Source: Macrostomum hystrix
Lineage: Eukaryota; Animalia; Platyhelminthes
Assembly: GCA_950097015.1 (NCBI GenBank)
Contig: CATNEN010000008.1
Location: 2,542,001 to 2,606,000, forward strand
DNA: 64,000 nt
Direction: 5' to 3'
Shown here: in pieces, positions 24,466-37,665 of the stretch
Layout: the number at the start of each line of letters is the position of its first letter
Position numbering within the stretch: the stretch's first letter is position 1
The notes under the pieces: model-generated
The model's database searches: none
What the model was told of the DNA's origin: nothing
What the model saw: only the letters and a program-made list of their open reading frames with translations
Made by a program: the position numbers and the translations under genes

Positions 24466-26200
24466 TGTGTCAAGGATGACAGGGGGATGCCAAGGAAGAT
24501 GGGGGAGGGGACTGTCAAGGATGGCAGGGGGATGCCAAGGAGGATGGGGAGGGGACTGTCAAGGATGGCAGGAGGATGCCAAGGAGGATGGGGGAGGGGA
24601 CTGTCAAGGATGGCAGGGGGATGCCAAGGAGGATGGGGAGGGGACTGTCAAGGATGCAAGGGATGCCAAGGAGGATGGGGGAGGGGACTGTCAAGGATGG
24701 CAGGGGGATGCCAAGGAGGATGGGGGAGGGGACTGTCAAGGATGGCAGGGGGATGCCAAGGAGGATGGGGAGGGGACTGTCAAGGATGGCAGGGGGATGC
24801 CAAGGAGGATGGGGGAGGGGACTGTCAAGGATGGCAGGTGGATGCCAAGGAGGATGGGGGAGGGGACTGTCAAGGATGGCAGGGGGATGCCAAGGAGGAT
24901 GGGGAGGGGACTGTCAAGGATGCCAAGGATGCCAAGGAGGATGGGGAGGGGACTGTCAAGGATGGCAGGGGGATGCCAAGGAGGATGGGGGAGGGGACTG
25001 TCAAGGATGGCAGGGGTATGCCAAGGAGGATGGGGGAGGGGACTGTCAAGGATGGCAGGGGGATGCCAAGGAGGATGGGGGAGGGGACTGTCAAGGATGG
25101 CAGGTGGATGCCAAGGAAGATGGGGGGAGGGGACTGTCAAGGATGGCAGGAGGATGCCAAGGAGGATGGGGGAGGGGACTGTCAAGGATGGCTAGGGGGA
25201 TGCCAAGGAGGATGGGGAGGGGACTGTCAAGGATGGCAGGGGGATGCCAAGGAGGATGGGGAGGGGACTGCCAAGGATGGCGGGTGGATGCCAAGGAAGA
25301 TGGGGGGAGGGGAGTGTCAAGGATAGCAGGGGGGATGCCAAGGAGGATGGGGAGGGGACTGTCAAGGATGGCAGGGGGATGCCAAGGAGGATGGGGAGGG
25401 GACTGTCAAGGATGGCGGGTGGATGCCAAGGAGGATGGGGGGAGGGGACTGTCAAGGATGGCAGGGGGATGCCAAGGAGGATGGGGGAGGGGACTGTCAA
25501 GGATGGCAGGGGGATGCCAAGGAGGATGGGGAGGGGACTGTCAAGGATGCCAAGGATGCCAAGGAGGATGGGGAGGGGACTGTCAAGGATGGCAGGGGGA
25601 TGCCAAGGAGGATGGGGGAGGGGACTGTCAAGGATGGCAGGGGGATGCCAAGGAGGATGGGGGAGGGGACTGTCAAGGATGGCAGGGGGATGCCAAGGAG
25701 GATGGGGAGGGGACTGTCAAGGATGGCAGGTGGATGCCAAGGAAGATGGGGGGAGGGGACTGTCAAGGATGGCAGGAGGATGCCAAGGAGGATGGGGGAG
25801 GGGACTGTCAAGGATGGCTGGGGGATGCCAAGGAGGATGGGGAGGGGACTGTCAAGGATGGCAGGGGGATGCCAAGGAGGATGGGGAGGGGACTGTCAAG
25901 GATGGCAGGTGGATGCCAAGGAAGATGGGGGAGGGGACTGTCAAGGATGGCAGGGGGATGCCAAGGAGGATGGGGGAGGGGACTGTCAAGGATGGCAGGA
26001 GGATGCCAAGGAAGATGGGGGAGGGGACTGTCAAGGATGGCAGGGGGATGCCAAGGAGGATGGGGAGGGGACTGTCAAGGATGGCAGGGGGATGCCAAGG
26101 AGGATGGGGAGGGGACTGTCAAGGATGGCAGGTGGATGCCAAGGAAGATGGGGGAGGGGACTGTCAAGGATGGCAGGGGGATGCCAAGGAGGATGGGGAT
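24466..26200. repeat. G-rich minisatellite, about 44-46-bp unit GGGGGATGCCAAGGAGGATGGGGGAGGGGACTGTCAAGGATGGCA
   Basis: About 38 tandem copies. Confidence 0.97.
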
Positions 26201-26744
26201 TGAATATTTGAGTTTGCGAGTACATATTTATCATTTTTGTACTCACCTATGATCGGATGCACAGTCACAGGAGTAGGTTCAACTCTAAGTAGATCTCACC
26301 TACTTTAAGGTATCTTTAAGGTGTCTTTAATGTACATTGGGCAGTGTAATGTATGACAAAATCTGAACGTACTATTTAGAAGAAAACTTTTCCAAGTTAT
26401 ATATAACCAGCTTGAAAATCAATTTAACAGATTTACTAATCCAACTGGTGGGTTTGCCTTCAATCCGCGAGCAGTATCAGCGACGAGAGCTGCATCGATA
26501 GATATAAAATATCTTTATGAACGTCCCAAACTGCTACTTATAGGTAAAAACATTGCGACTTCCCCAGAAGTCTGCAGTCTGCAGGCGAATGAAGAGCAAA
26601 AAATTGCAGATAAAAGATTTTCGTGCAATCTGCTAAATTACTCTCAGGATTTCAATAGTGGGTCAACCATAGGGCATCTGCGAGATAGACTGAGGAAAGG
26701 CTTAAAAAGTTTGGAGCGTAGAATCAAAAGGATGCCAGCTGTTC

Positions 26745-27235
26745 GACAGCAGCCTCACCTGTAAGCCAGTAGCCTCACCTGTTTGACAGTAGCCTCACCT
26801 GTAAGACAGTAGCCTCACCTGTTTGACAGTAGCCTCACCTGTAAGACAGTAGCCTCACCTGTTTGACAGGTAGCCTCACCTGTAAGACAGTAGCCTCACC
26901 TGTTTGACAGTAGCCTCACCTGTTTGACAGTAGCCTCACTTGTTAGACGGTAGCCTCACCTGTAAGACAGTAGCCTCACCTGTTAGACAGCAGCCTCACT
27001 TATTAGACAGTAGCGTCACCTGTTTGACAGTATAGACTCACCTGTTTGACAGTAGTCTCACCTGTTTGACAGGAGCCTTACCTGTTAGACAGTAGCCTCA
27101 CCTGTTAGACAGTAGCCTCACCTGTTTGACAGTAGCCTCACCTGTTTGACAGCAGCCTCACCTATTTGACAGTAGCCTCGCCTGTTTGACAGTAGCCTCA
27201 CCTGTTAGACAGTAGCCTCACCTGTTTGACAGTTA
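26745..27235. repeat. Minisatellite, 20-bp unit GACAGTAGCCTCACCTGTWW
   Basis: About 24 copies. Confidence 0.95.
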
Positions 27236-28587
27236 ATTGTTCACCCGCTAGACTCATTAGTCCTCAGCCATTAAGACTCGGACAGGTATGTCGTTTTGTC
27301 TGTATTGTTGACCCAAAAGGTTCACCCTTTGGGAACGAGGCCTCAATTTATTAGTGACACCAATCGAATAATACGACAAGGAATTAAAAGTCGGTCAATC
27401 GGTTTGCTTATTTGCAGTTTAAGTATTAAACTGATGCTGTAAGCAGTAAGCAGTTTTCCTATTTTAGCCTTTAGTAGGCCCCCTTATTAAATAAAGCGAG
27501 TCAGGAAGCATCTCATGAATATGCATCAAACGGTGCACCAAAATACACACTCAGAGTACAGACTCTCTAACACCTGTATTTCAGCTTTAAACGTTTGCGA
27601 ATGACATTCAATTTTAATGCGATGCGATGGGACAAAAATTTACAAATATCCTGTTCGGATTTCGTGCGATACAGTTTTAATGGAATGCTCGAGAATGAGT
27701 GAATTCGGCAGAGTGTGTCGCACATGAGCACTAGAAAAGGGGAATGACACTTTGTGACTCATGCCGGCTATTCACTTATTCACAACTAATTAACACAACT
27801 GCCAATCTTTTCGATATAAAAATCTAAAAAAATCTACGAGTATTAAAAAAATTGCGACATTTTTTTGCGAAATCAAAACGTGCGACAAAAAAAAACAACG
27901 ACAAGAGGTTCCTTCCGAGAAAAATAAGTCAACAGAAAACTGCATCGCCAACAAGTGAAATGGAGGAGATGACTCACTCATCCACGCTTCCGTTCGTGGG
28001 AACATCACTGCGAGTCAAGTCGCGTTTCCGACAAGTCAATCCGGAATTAATGTCTCAAACGCGTAACATTTTCAGAGATGTCAAGCGTACACGCACAGAT
28101 ACGTAGGCAGGTACACACACAGGTGCGTAATCTGCCCTGACTTTCTCGTCGTTCCGCAAGCCTCCTCTCCGCGTTTGCGCCCTAAATTATTGTGGAAATG
28201 TCGAGAAAACTCGAGAAACAAGAACAACAAACGCTTCCATTGAGTAAAATTTGATTGAGTGAAAAGTTCGAAATTGTTAAATTTGAAAGGTAGCAACAAC
28301 AAGAACAACGTTTGGTACTATTATCGAGCTAACATCCAGTTCTAGTACCACCGACCAAAAATGTCAAAAAGAGGACTTGAGTGTTGAAGCCAATAGGAAA
28401 AATAGGAAAGAAGTAGAGAGGTTTCTCTATATGGTTATGGCTTGTAGCTCGGAGGTAGGTCGGAATAAAGACCTGAGCCTTCACAATGATTGCAACTCTA
28501 AAATGGTTTCAGCCTATTGCTGAACATATTGCCTGATATGTTCAGAACATATTGCCTGAACATATTATATATGTACAGGCGCATTTT

Positions 28588-31500
28588 TTATTCATCCTCG
28601 AGATCAGCTTCAGAGGACGACGCAGCGTCCGATTCCACAACGATTGGAGCCATTGGCACGGCCGAGTCAGCAGCAGCAGCAGCAGCAGCATCCGGGTTCT
28701 TTGAAAACTCGGACGCACCCACCAGACGCAACGGAACTTCCACCGGGCCTCCGCCGTTTCCGTCGCCTCCCTCGCCGCCGCGGCTGCGACTGCTCGACCG
28801 GCGCATCTTGGCTCCTCCGCTGCCTGCAGCTCTGCCGTTGTCGAAGCCTTCGCGACCGACGCCGCCGAGGCGTCCGCGACTGACGCACCCAAGAAGAGCC
28901 CGGAAGACGGCCAGGTAGCCGGCACTGAACTCACGATTGGACACTCCGTAGACTAGAAAATTGACAGTGGAATTGAAGTGAGCCAACAGCAGGCAGTAGG
29001 CGTGCAGCTGGATGGGCAGCTGGTCGTTCGGGTCCGACACAATCACCACAGCGTAAGGCGTCCAGGTGAACACGAGCACCGTGAACACCATGAACAGCGT
29101 GCGGGCCAGGCGAAACGAAGATGAAGAACTACTGGAGCTGCCGCCGCTGCCGCCGCCAACTCCGCCGCCACCTCCTCCTCGAGCGCCGCTGTTGCCGCCG
29201 GCTCCGCTGACATCGGCAGCGTTGCGTTTAGAAATATTTTTGTTGGAGGTTTTGCCCCTCAGACGGCGCCTAGACGAGCGAAAGTGCAGAAATATTCTGG
29301 CGTAGCAGAACGCGATCACCAGGCAGGGCGACAGCACGGCGCACACAGAAAAGAAGATGGTGTAGGCTCGGGAGGCCAGGCGGTCCCACAGACAGGCGAA
29401 GCCCTTTCGATCGTAGGAGTGGCCGCGCCAGCCGACGAAATTCGGCGACTCCATCAGGAAGCTGATGATCCAAAGGGCCAGGCAGGCGCAGCGGGTGCTC
29501 CGTCGGGTGTAGATCCGGTCGTAATGCCTGGAGTGGCAGATGTGAACGTAACGGTTGACGGCGATGGCGCCGATGCTTAGTAGCGAACAGTAGCAGGAGG
29601 TCAGGCAGACTGCGGCCACGAATTCGCACAGGATTGGTCGACGCTCAAAATAGATTTCGCCGTGTAGGATGCCTGCCAAGTGTAATTGCAGGTATTTGGC
29701 TTTGAAATTCGTCTTTTTTATTGTATCGAGCACTGCTTTGAGGCTGAAGCTAGGAGTTCGGTGACAGAGTGGTCTAACGCGTTCGCATATCGCATCGTAC
29801 CAAGGTCCCTGGTGCTCGATTACGCGGCGAGGCCGCATTCATTTAGAGCACAGTCGTGGAGAGCAGGCTTGGGGACTTGTCGTGCAATCTACGCCCTTGA
29901 AGGCACAGTGAAATTGTACACTGGCTGACGATGAGAAAGTCAGCTTGATAGTGTGCCTGCGTACGTTTCTGTGTGCGTGTGTGCTCAGGAGTCAGCGAAA
30001 TGGGCTGACTTGCCTCCTCGCTGGCTGCAGGTCTATACTCACCAAATGATGTGTCATTGCCAGCAGCCCTCCTGCAGTTTATTTTAATTATTGATGCTGA
30101 AGCTTAGCTGCTAGAGCTTCAGACTAATAACAAAGAGGTCAGGAGTTCGAGCTGGGGTAGAAATTTTTGTGGGTTCAGCAGCCGCCACAGTCCATGGACT
30201 GAACTGCTGTACGCAGCTTTGGCAGCGACGCTGTAGCTGGTGTACCATAGCGGCTGTACAATAGCTGGTGTACCATAGCAGGCTGTACAATAGCAGGCTG
30301 TACAATAGCAGGCTGTACAATAGCAGGCTGTGCAATAGCAGGCTGTACAATAGCTGGTGTACCATAGCAGGCTGTACAATAGCAGGCTGTACAATAGCTG
30401 GTGTACCATAGCAGGCTGTACAATAGCAGGCTGTACAATAGCTGGTGTACCATAGCAGGCTGTACAATAGCAGGCTGTACAATAGCAGGCTGTACAATAG
30501 CAGGCTGTACAATAGCTGGTATACCATCTATCTATCTATTTGCAGGGGGGCCCGGGGCACTTGTCGCACAAGCGACGGAGCGGCACGCCCCCAGACCGGC
30601 GAACTAGGCGCTTTTGCGCCCATCGCGCCGCCTCCCCTGAGCAGGCACCACACACAGCAGCACAGACCAGCCGGGGAGGGCAGGAGGCACCCAGAATAGG
30701 CAGCAGTGTCCCCCACCCCAGCCTCACACGCACATAGCAGACCAAGCCGGGGCGGAAGGCTGATAAGAAATCAGTCCTCAGGGAGGGCCGGGTGATGAGT
30801 GTACACTTATCCAATCTCGCTGACGGAAATCCAGAAAGCGCGCGGCGGTGTACACCCGCCCCCCAGCCACCCCCCGCAAGGCCTCACGCCCCAGCGCCAA
30901 CGCCAACGCACACAACTCACACAACTCAGAACAGGCACACAGAAGGTAGGAGCGAAGCTATTATTTCAAGCTTTGATTGCACGAAATATGGTGCACCTTC
31001 GCCGGTCGCTACTGTCCAAACCCCCCAACAAGTCCCGAAATTAATCGTGACTTGAAGGGAGAATCGAACTAGCGTCCATTGGAGTGCGAGGCAGCGACGC
31101 TAGCCGCTGACCCACTCGCCCCCTGCTGGTATACCATAGCAGGCTGTACAATAGCAGGCTGTACAATAGCAGGCTGTACAATAGCTGGTATACCATAGCA
31201 GGCTGTACAATAGCAGGCTGTACAATAGCAGGCTGTACAATAGCTGGTATACCATAGCAGGCTGTACAATAGCAGGCTGTACAATAGCAGGCTGTACAAT
31301 TGGGCTAGGTTTCATTTTTATTAATGTATCTTTTTTAGTCCAGAATGACTATTAGGAGATTGATTGATTGTTACTTTATCCCGATCATAGAGCGAATCTC
31401 TTGAGATTTACTGTTGCCAAGCAGCTCAAATAGAGTGCTCGGAAATTGATTGAGATGTTTGTCTTTGTCAAAGTTCTTTTAGTTTGAGCAGAAAGGCTCA

Positions 31501-33058
31501 ATAACCCACGGTTAAGGGTGGTCAAAAGAGTCCCAGTTACCTGTATTGGTGTGTGTCAGAGCCTGATTGAACTGAGTGAGTGAACGCGAAGGGCTCTTAA
31601 ATGTACATAGAGATTGCCAGCTAAACCAATTTCCCTTTCTTAGAAACAGTGGCTGAGTGAAGAGACCCTGTGACTATAAGTAGGCCTTCTACGCAGGTGA
31701 AAATGAGAGAAAACACGGACTGGCTAGAGAGGTCCTAGGGTTCAAAGGAGTTAAGCGACGCGAAAAGGCACAATACGAAATTTAGAAGGCAAAAGCCGAT
31801 TTCCTTACAGTTTAAGCCCTGATTAGAATGCTAAAATATGAATAAGGTGCTCCGAACGCCTGTGTGCGCATGTATTTATGTAGACATGAGGTCGGCACCT
31901 AACTCAGGCTTGGGGACTTACCTACGATGCCAAAGGGATCAACGAACAGTGTAATGCACAGATCAGCGACTGCCAGGTTAACTATGAAATAGTTGCCAAT
32001 CTGTTGAAGCGGCTGAAGTGTGTGCGTTTGGCGAAATCGATACTTTAGACTTGACATACAACGTCCTAGTATTGTGTCATCTTGTCCTAGTATTGTGTCA
32101 TCTTGTCCTAGTATTGTGTCATCTTGTCCTAGTACTGTGTCATCTTGTCCTAGTATTGTGTCATCTTGTCCTAGTATTGTGTCATCTTGTCCTAGTATTG
32201 TGTCATCTTGTCCTAGTATTGTGTCATATTGTCCTAGTATTGTGTCATCTTGTCCTAGTATTGTGTCATCTTGTCCTAGTATTGTGTCATCTTGTCCTAG
32301 TATTGTGTCATATTGTCCTAGTATTGTGTCATATTGTCCTAGTATTGTGTCATCTTGTCTTTGTATTTCATCATCTTGCTCTAGCATTGTCTTCTCTGGT
32401 ATTAGGAAGTCATTGTGTAATCTCATCCCAGTAGTTTTGTAATCTTATCGCAGTAGTTGTGTAATCTTATCCCAGTAGTTTTGTAATCTTATCCCAGTAG
32501 TTGTGTAATCTTATCCCAGTAGTTGTGTAATCTTATCCCAGTAGTTGTGTAATCTTATCCCAGTAGTTGTGTAATCTTATCCCAGTAGTTGTGTAATCTT
32601 ATCCCAGTAGTTGTGTAATCTTATCCCAGTAGTTGTGTAATCTTATCCCAGCAGACCTTGCGCAGCAGAACTGTCAGAATGAGCAAAACATTTCCAATGC
32701 TGCCCAGAGTAGATCCGGTGAAGAGAATTATCAAGGCAGGATAAGTGACCTCTGCAACATCAGGAATAATAGTTCATTTTCAATCTTAGCTGACAACAAT
32801 TTTTAAGTAATTTTAAGTAATATAAGTAGTATAAGCACAAATCCTGGCTGTTTATGAAGGATAAAATCCTAAACAGAATAAATTTCGATACGGATTCATT
32901 ATGCTTTCGTAATTCGTCAGTCCATTAATAATGCACTATTCTAGAACAAATCCCTTCAAGTTAATGGCAGCCGGATTCCCTAGAGACACACCTGGCATGA
33001 TGTGCAGCAGACTATCTTTAGTGTAGTTGTACTCAACCGATAAGCCAGCAATGTCCAT
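28588..33058 (-). CDS. Class A GPCR, melatonin-receptor-like
   Basis: Exons 33058-32992 (MDIAGLSVEYNYTK), 32751-32657 (TM1 ...GSIGNVLLILTV), 32012-31922 (TM2 GNYFIVNLAVADL) and 29672-28588, with consistent phases. TM3 ends NRYVHICH (NRY is typical of melatonin receptors); also CLW in ECL2, FTWTPY in TM6 and NFLVYG in TM7. Confidence 0.88.
29755..29925 (+). mobile_element. Short tRNA-derived SINE, family A copy 2
   Basis: TGACAGAGTGG ... GTGCTCGATTAC; homologous to the 4888-5050 copy. Confidence 0.6.
30235..31300. repeat. Minisatellite TACAATAGCAGGCTG (15 bp) with CTGGTGTACCAT variants, split by the SINE
   Basis: Arrays at 30235-30527 and 31125-31300. Confidence 0.9.
30528..31124 (-). mobile_element. 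tRNA-derived SINE (about 600 bp) inserted in a minisatellite
   Basis: Minus-strand head AGGGGGCGAGTGGGTCAGCGG (A box) and AGTTCGATTC (B box, 31070-31061), an (ATAG)3 tail, and a 13-bp target-site duplication GCTGGTATACCAT at 30515-30527 and 31125-31137. Confidence 0.8.
32060..32650. repeat. Two adjacent minisatellites filling GPCR intron 2: 21-bp TTGTCCTAGTATTGTGTCATC and 23-bp TAGTTGTGTAATCTTATCCCAG-like
   Basis: Arrays at about 32060-32360 and 32410-32650. Confidence 0.92.
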
Positions 33059-33159
33059 TCTGAAATCAGTTGGGCAAGTTTCATTAACCTTTAGAGTGCT
33101 TGCTTTGCCTAACTTTTCATAATGCCGAGCTATATTTTAATACAACTGATAGAGTCTGC

Positions 33160-33540
33160 TCAGTTAGAGTCCCTAGCAACTGAAATCTACTCTACAGATA
33201 GAGTCCCTAGCAACTGAAATACACTCCACAGTTAGAGTCCCTAGCAACTGAAATACACTACACAGCTAGAGTCCCTAGCAACTGAAATCCACTCCACAGT
33301 TAGAGTCCCTAGGAGCTGAAATCTACTCTACAGATAGAGTCCCTAGCAACTGAAATACACTCCACAGTTAGAGGTCCTAGCAACTGAAATCCACATTACA
33401 GTTAGAGTCCCTAGCAACTGAAATCCACATTACAGTTAGAGTCCCTAGCAACTGAAATCCACATTACAGTTAGAGTCCCTAGCAACTGAAATCTACTTTA
33501 CAGTTAGAGTCCATAGCAACTGAAATACACTCCACAGTCG
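33160..33540. repeat. Minisatellite, about 37-bp unit GTTAGAGTCCCTAGCAACTGAAAT...ACA
   Basis: About 10 copies. Confidence 0.9.
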
Positions 33541-33929
33541 TGAAAAGAGTGATGAGATTAGAAAATTCGAAGTTTAATCTGAGTTTAATCTGAGTTTAAT
33601 CTTAGTTTACCTGAGTCGGAATTAACACTGGCTTTGTGTGAACCATGTTTTCCTACTTTCAAAATTAAGTACAGCGAATAATTAAGCTCACGCCATCACC
33701 CGTTTCGCAATGAGATAAATGCTTCGACAAAGTTTTCAACATAATATTTTTTTGCGGCAAATAACGAGTATTAACTTAAAATTTACTTTAAATTATACTA
33801 TTACTTAAGTAATCCGAGTCTTACCTTTCACTCCTGTGTGAGAAAGTCTAATTATGATAGTGAAGTTTAAGGGTACTGTTAATTGAGAGTCGAAATCAGA
33901 GTTAAAGCCTTCCTTTCTGACGAAATCAG

Positions 33930-34976
33930 GCTGTGAGAGTGAATCATGCTGTGAGAGTGAGTCATGCTGTGAGAGTGAATCATGCTGTGAGAGTGAATCA
34001 TGCTGTGAGAGTGAATCATGCTGTGAGAGTGAATCATGCGGTGAGAGCGAATCATGCGGCGAGAGTGAATCATGCGGCGAGAGCGAATCATGCTGTGAGA
34101 GTGAATCATGCTGTGAGAGTGAATCATGCTGTGAGAGTGAATCATGAGGCGAGAGCGAATCATGCGGCGAGAGCGAATCATGCTGTGAGAGTGAATCATG
34201 CTGTGAGAGTGAATCATGCGGCGAGAGTGAATCATGCGGCGAGAGCGAATCATGCTGTGAGAGCGAATCATGCGGTGAGAGTGAATCATGCTGTGAGAGT
34301 GAATCATGCTGTGAGAGTGAATCATGCTGTGAGAGTGAATCATGCGGTGAGAGTGAATCATGCTGTGAGAGTGAATCATGCTGTGAGAGTGAATCATGCG
34401 GTGAGAGTGAATCATGCTGTGAGAGTGAATCATGCTGTGAGAGTGAGTCATGCTGTGAGAGTGAATCATGCTGTGAGAGTGAATCATGCTGTGAGAGTGA
34501 ATCATGCTGTGAGAGTGAATCATGCTGTGAGAGTGAATCATACTGTGAGAGTGAATCATGCGGTGAGAGTGAATCATGCGGTGAGAGTGAATCATGCTGT
34601 GAGAGTGAGTCATGCTGTGAGAGTGAATCATGCTGTGAGAGTGAATCATGCTGTGAGAGTGAATCATGCTGTGAGAGTGAATCATGCTGTGAGAGTGAAT
34701 CATGCTGTGAGAGTGAATCATGCTGTGAGAGTGAATCATGCTGTGAGAGTGAATCATGCTGTGAGAGTGAATCATGCTGTGAGAGTGAATCATGCTGTGA
34801 GAGTGAATCATGCTGTGAGAGTGAATCATGCTGTGAGAGTGAATCATGCTGTGAGAGTGAATCATGCTGTGAGAGTGAATCATGCTGTGAGAGTGAATCA
34901 TGCTGTGAGAGTGAATCATGCTGTGAGAGTGAATCATGCTGTGAGAGTGAATCATGCTGTGAGAGTGAATCATGCC
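33930..34976. repeat. Minisatellite, 18-bp unit GCTGTGAGAGTGAATCAT
   Basis: About 58 copies; gives the MIHSHS and VRVNHA pseudo-ORFs. Confidence 0.98.
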
Positions 34977-35599
34977 GTAAACAAGTCCAGAAAGAAATAC
35001 AAATCGATATATAAAAAAAAGTCCTAAAACTTGACTAAAAGTTCAATGCGCCAACTCTCTGCTCACCCAGAATTGATGATAATCCACAAAGCCTATTTTG
35101 GTGTTCTCAATCGCCCGGATTGTTGCTCTGATTTAGAAGAATAATTATTGCACTTCTGTTGCATAAATATCTGCCCAACTTGACGCGGTTCTGTCCAATC
35201 AAACTTCATCGCAAACTGTGTCGGCCTAGCCAAGATTCCATTGGACATGAAATTCACAGCTAGCGACTTCCCATTTATCCTCAACCTTTTTGTCGCCTAG
35301 AACCGAATCGTCCTTTGTTAAAATCCGGCAGGTAAATATATCCATTAGCCTGTCCATTAGCCTGTTAACTGGCTCAGGTGTGGCGGCCCACTCATTGTAA
35401 AAGAATTGCTCCTTTGAAGGAGAAAAATAACAGGAAATTTCAGGTGCATACATAAATATTTTCTGAGCTGGCAAGACAAGAATTTTCACGTCGAAATATG
35501 CGGTTTGTGAATGCATTTTAGTTTTTCCTAAAAATATTCTTTCCTGTTGACTAAAATGAACACCTGTATGTTCACTCTGTCACATCCTAAGTGCAGAAT

Positions 35600-37665
35600 C
35601 GTCACATCCCAAGTACCCTCTCAGATCCCCAGTTCCCTCTCACATCCCCAGTACCCTCTCACATCCCCAGTTCCCTCTCACATCCCCAGTACCCTCTCAC
35701 ATCCCCAGTACCCTCTCACATCCCCAGTTCCCTCTCACATCCCCAGTACCCTCTCACATCCCCAGTTCCCTCTCACATCCCCAGTACCCTCTCACATCCC
35801 CAGTACCCTCTCACATCCCCAGTTCCCTCTCACATCCCCAGTTCCCTCTCACATCCCCAGTTCCCTCTCACATCCCCAGTTCCCTCTCACATCCCCAGTA
35901 CCCTCTCAGATCCCCAGTTCCCTCTCACATCCCCAGTACCCTCTCACATCCCCAGTTCCCTCTCACATCCCCAGTACCCTCTCACATCCCCAGTACCCTC
36001 TCACATCCCCAGTTCCCTCTCACATCCCCAGTACCCTCTCACATCCCCAGTTCCCTCTCACATCCCCAGTACCCTCTCACATCCCCAGTACCCTCTCACA
36101 TCCCCAGTTCCCTCTCACATCCCCAGTTCCCTCTCACATCCCCAGTTCCCTCTCACACCCCCAGTTCCCTCTCACATCCCCAGTACCCTCTCACATCCCC
36201 AGTTCCCTCTCACATCCCCAGTTCCCTCTCACATCCCCAGTTCCCTCTCACATCCCCAGTACCCTCTCACATCCCCAGTTCCCTCTCACATCCCCAGTAC
36301 CCTCTCACATCCCCAGTTCCCTCTCACATCCCCAGTACCCTCTCACATCCCCAGTTCCCTCTCACATCCCCAGTACCCTCTCACATCCCCAGTACCCTCT
36401 CACATCCCCAGTTCCCTCTCACATCCCCAGTTCCCTCTCACATCCCCAGTTCCCTCTCACATCCCCAGTTCCCTCTCACATCCCCAGTACCCTCTCACAT
36501 CCCCAGTTCCCTCTCACATCCCCAGTTCCCTCTCACATCCCCAGTTCCCTCTCACATCCCCAGTACCCTCTCACATCCCCAGTTCCCTCTCACATCCCCA
36601 GTACCCTCTCACATCCCCAGTTCCCTCTCACATCCCCAGTACCCTCTCACATCCCCAGTTCCCTCTCACATCCCCAGTACCCTCTCACATCCCCAGTTCC
36701 CTCTCACATCCCCAGTTCCCTCTCACATCCCCAGTACCCTCTCACATCCCCAGTACCCTCTCACATCCCCAGTTCCCTCTCACATCCCCAGTACCCTCTC
36801 ACATCCCCAGTACCCTCTCACATCCCCAGTACCCTCTCACATCCCCAGTACCCTCTCACATCCCCAGTTCCCTCTCACATCCCCAGTTCCCTCTCACATC
36901 CCCAGTTCCCTCTCACATCCCCAGTTCCCTCTCACATCCCCAGTACCCTCTCACATCCCAAGTTCCCTCTCACATCCCCAGTTCCCTCTCACATCCCCAG
37001 TTCCCTCTCACATCCCCAGTACCCTCTCACATCCCCAGTTCCCTCTCACATCCCCAGTACCCTCTCACATCCCCAGTTCCCTCTCACATCCCCAGTACCC
37101 TCTCACATCCCCAGTTCCCTCTCACATCCCCAGTACCCTCTCACATCCCCAGTTCCCTCTCACATCCCCAGTTCCCTCTCACATCCCTAGTACCCTCTCA
37201 CATCCCCAGTTCCCTCTCACATCCCTAGTACCCTCTCACATCCCCAGTTCCCTCTCACATCCCCAGTACCCTCTCACATCCCCAGTTCCCTCTCACATCC
37301 CTAGTACCCTCTCACATCCCTAGTACCCTCTCACATCCCCAGTACCCTCTCACATCCCCAGTACCCTCTCACATCCCCAGTTCCCTCTCACATCCCTAGT
37401 ACCCTCTCACATCCCCAGTTCCCTCTCACATCCCTAGTACCCTCTCACATCCCCAGTTCTCTCTCACATCCCTAGTACCCTCTCACATCCCCAGTTCCCT
37501 CTCACATCCCTAGTTCCCTCTCACATCCCCAGTTCCCTCTCACATCCCCAGTTCCCTCTCACATCCCCAGTTCCCTCTCACATCCCCAGTTCCCTCTCAC
37601 ATCCCTAGTACCCTCTCACATCCCCAGTTCCCTCTCACATGCCCAGTACCCTCTCACATGCCCAC
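35600..37665. repeat. Minisatellite, 19-bp unit CACATCCCCAGTWCCCTCT
   Basis: About 108 copies with an A/T dimorphic position. Confidence 0.98.

Noticed and set aside
24120-26252. Long Gly/Asp-rich ORFs, including DGDQDPAADG repeats resembling calcium-binding loops
   Set aside because: They coincide exactly with minisatellites, are open in multiple frames and strands, and have no splice or start context.
26280-26740. Possible further decayed LINE 3' fragment (a similar hint at 31490-31880)
   Set aside because: Motif similarity is too weak to support without an alignment search.
31899-32426. ORF fusing ILGQDDT repeats to GPCR TM2
   Set aside because: The repeat lies in the intron; the true acceptor is at 32013 and gives a consistent phase with exon 2.
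33879-37228. 364-547 aa His-rich or Pro-rich ORFs
   Set aside because: 18-bp and 19-bp tandem-repeat translations.
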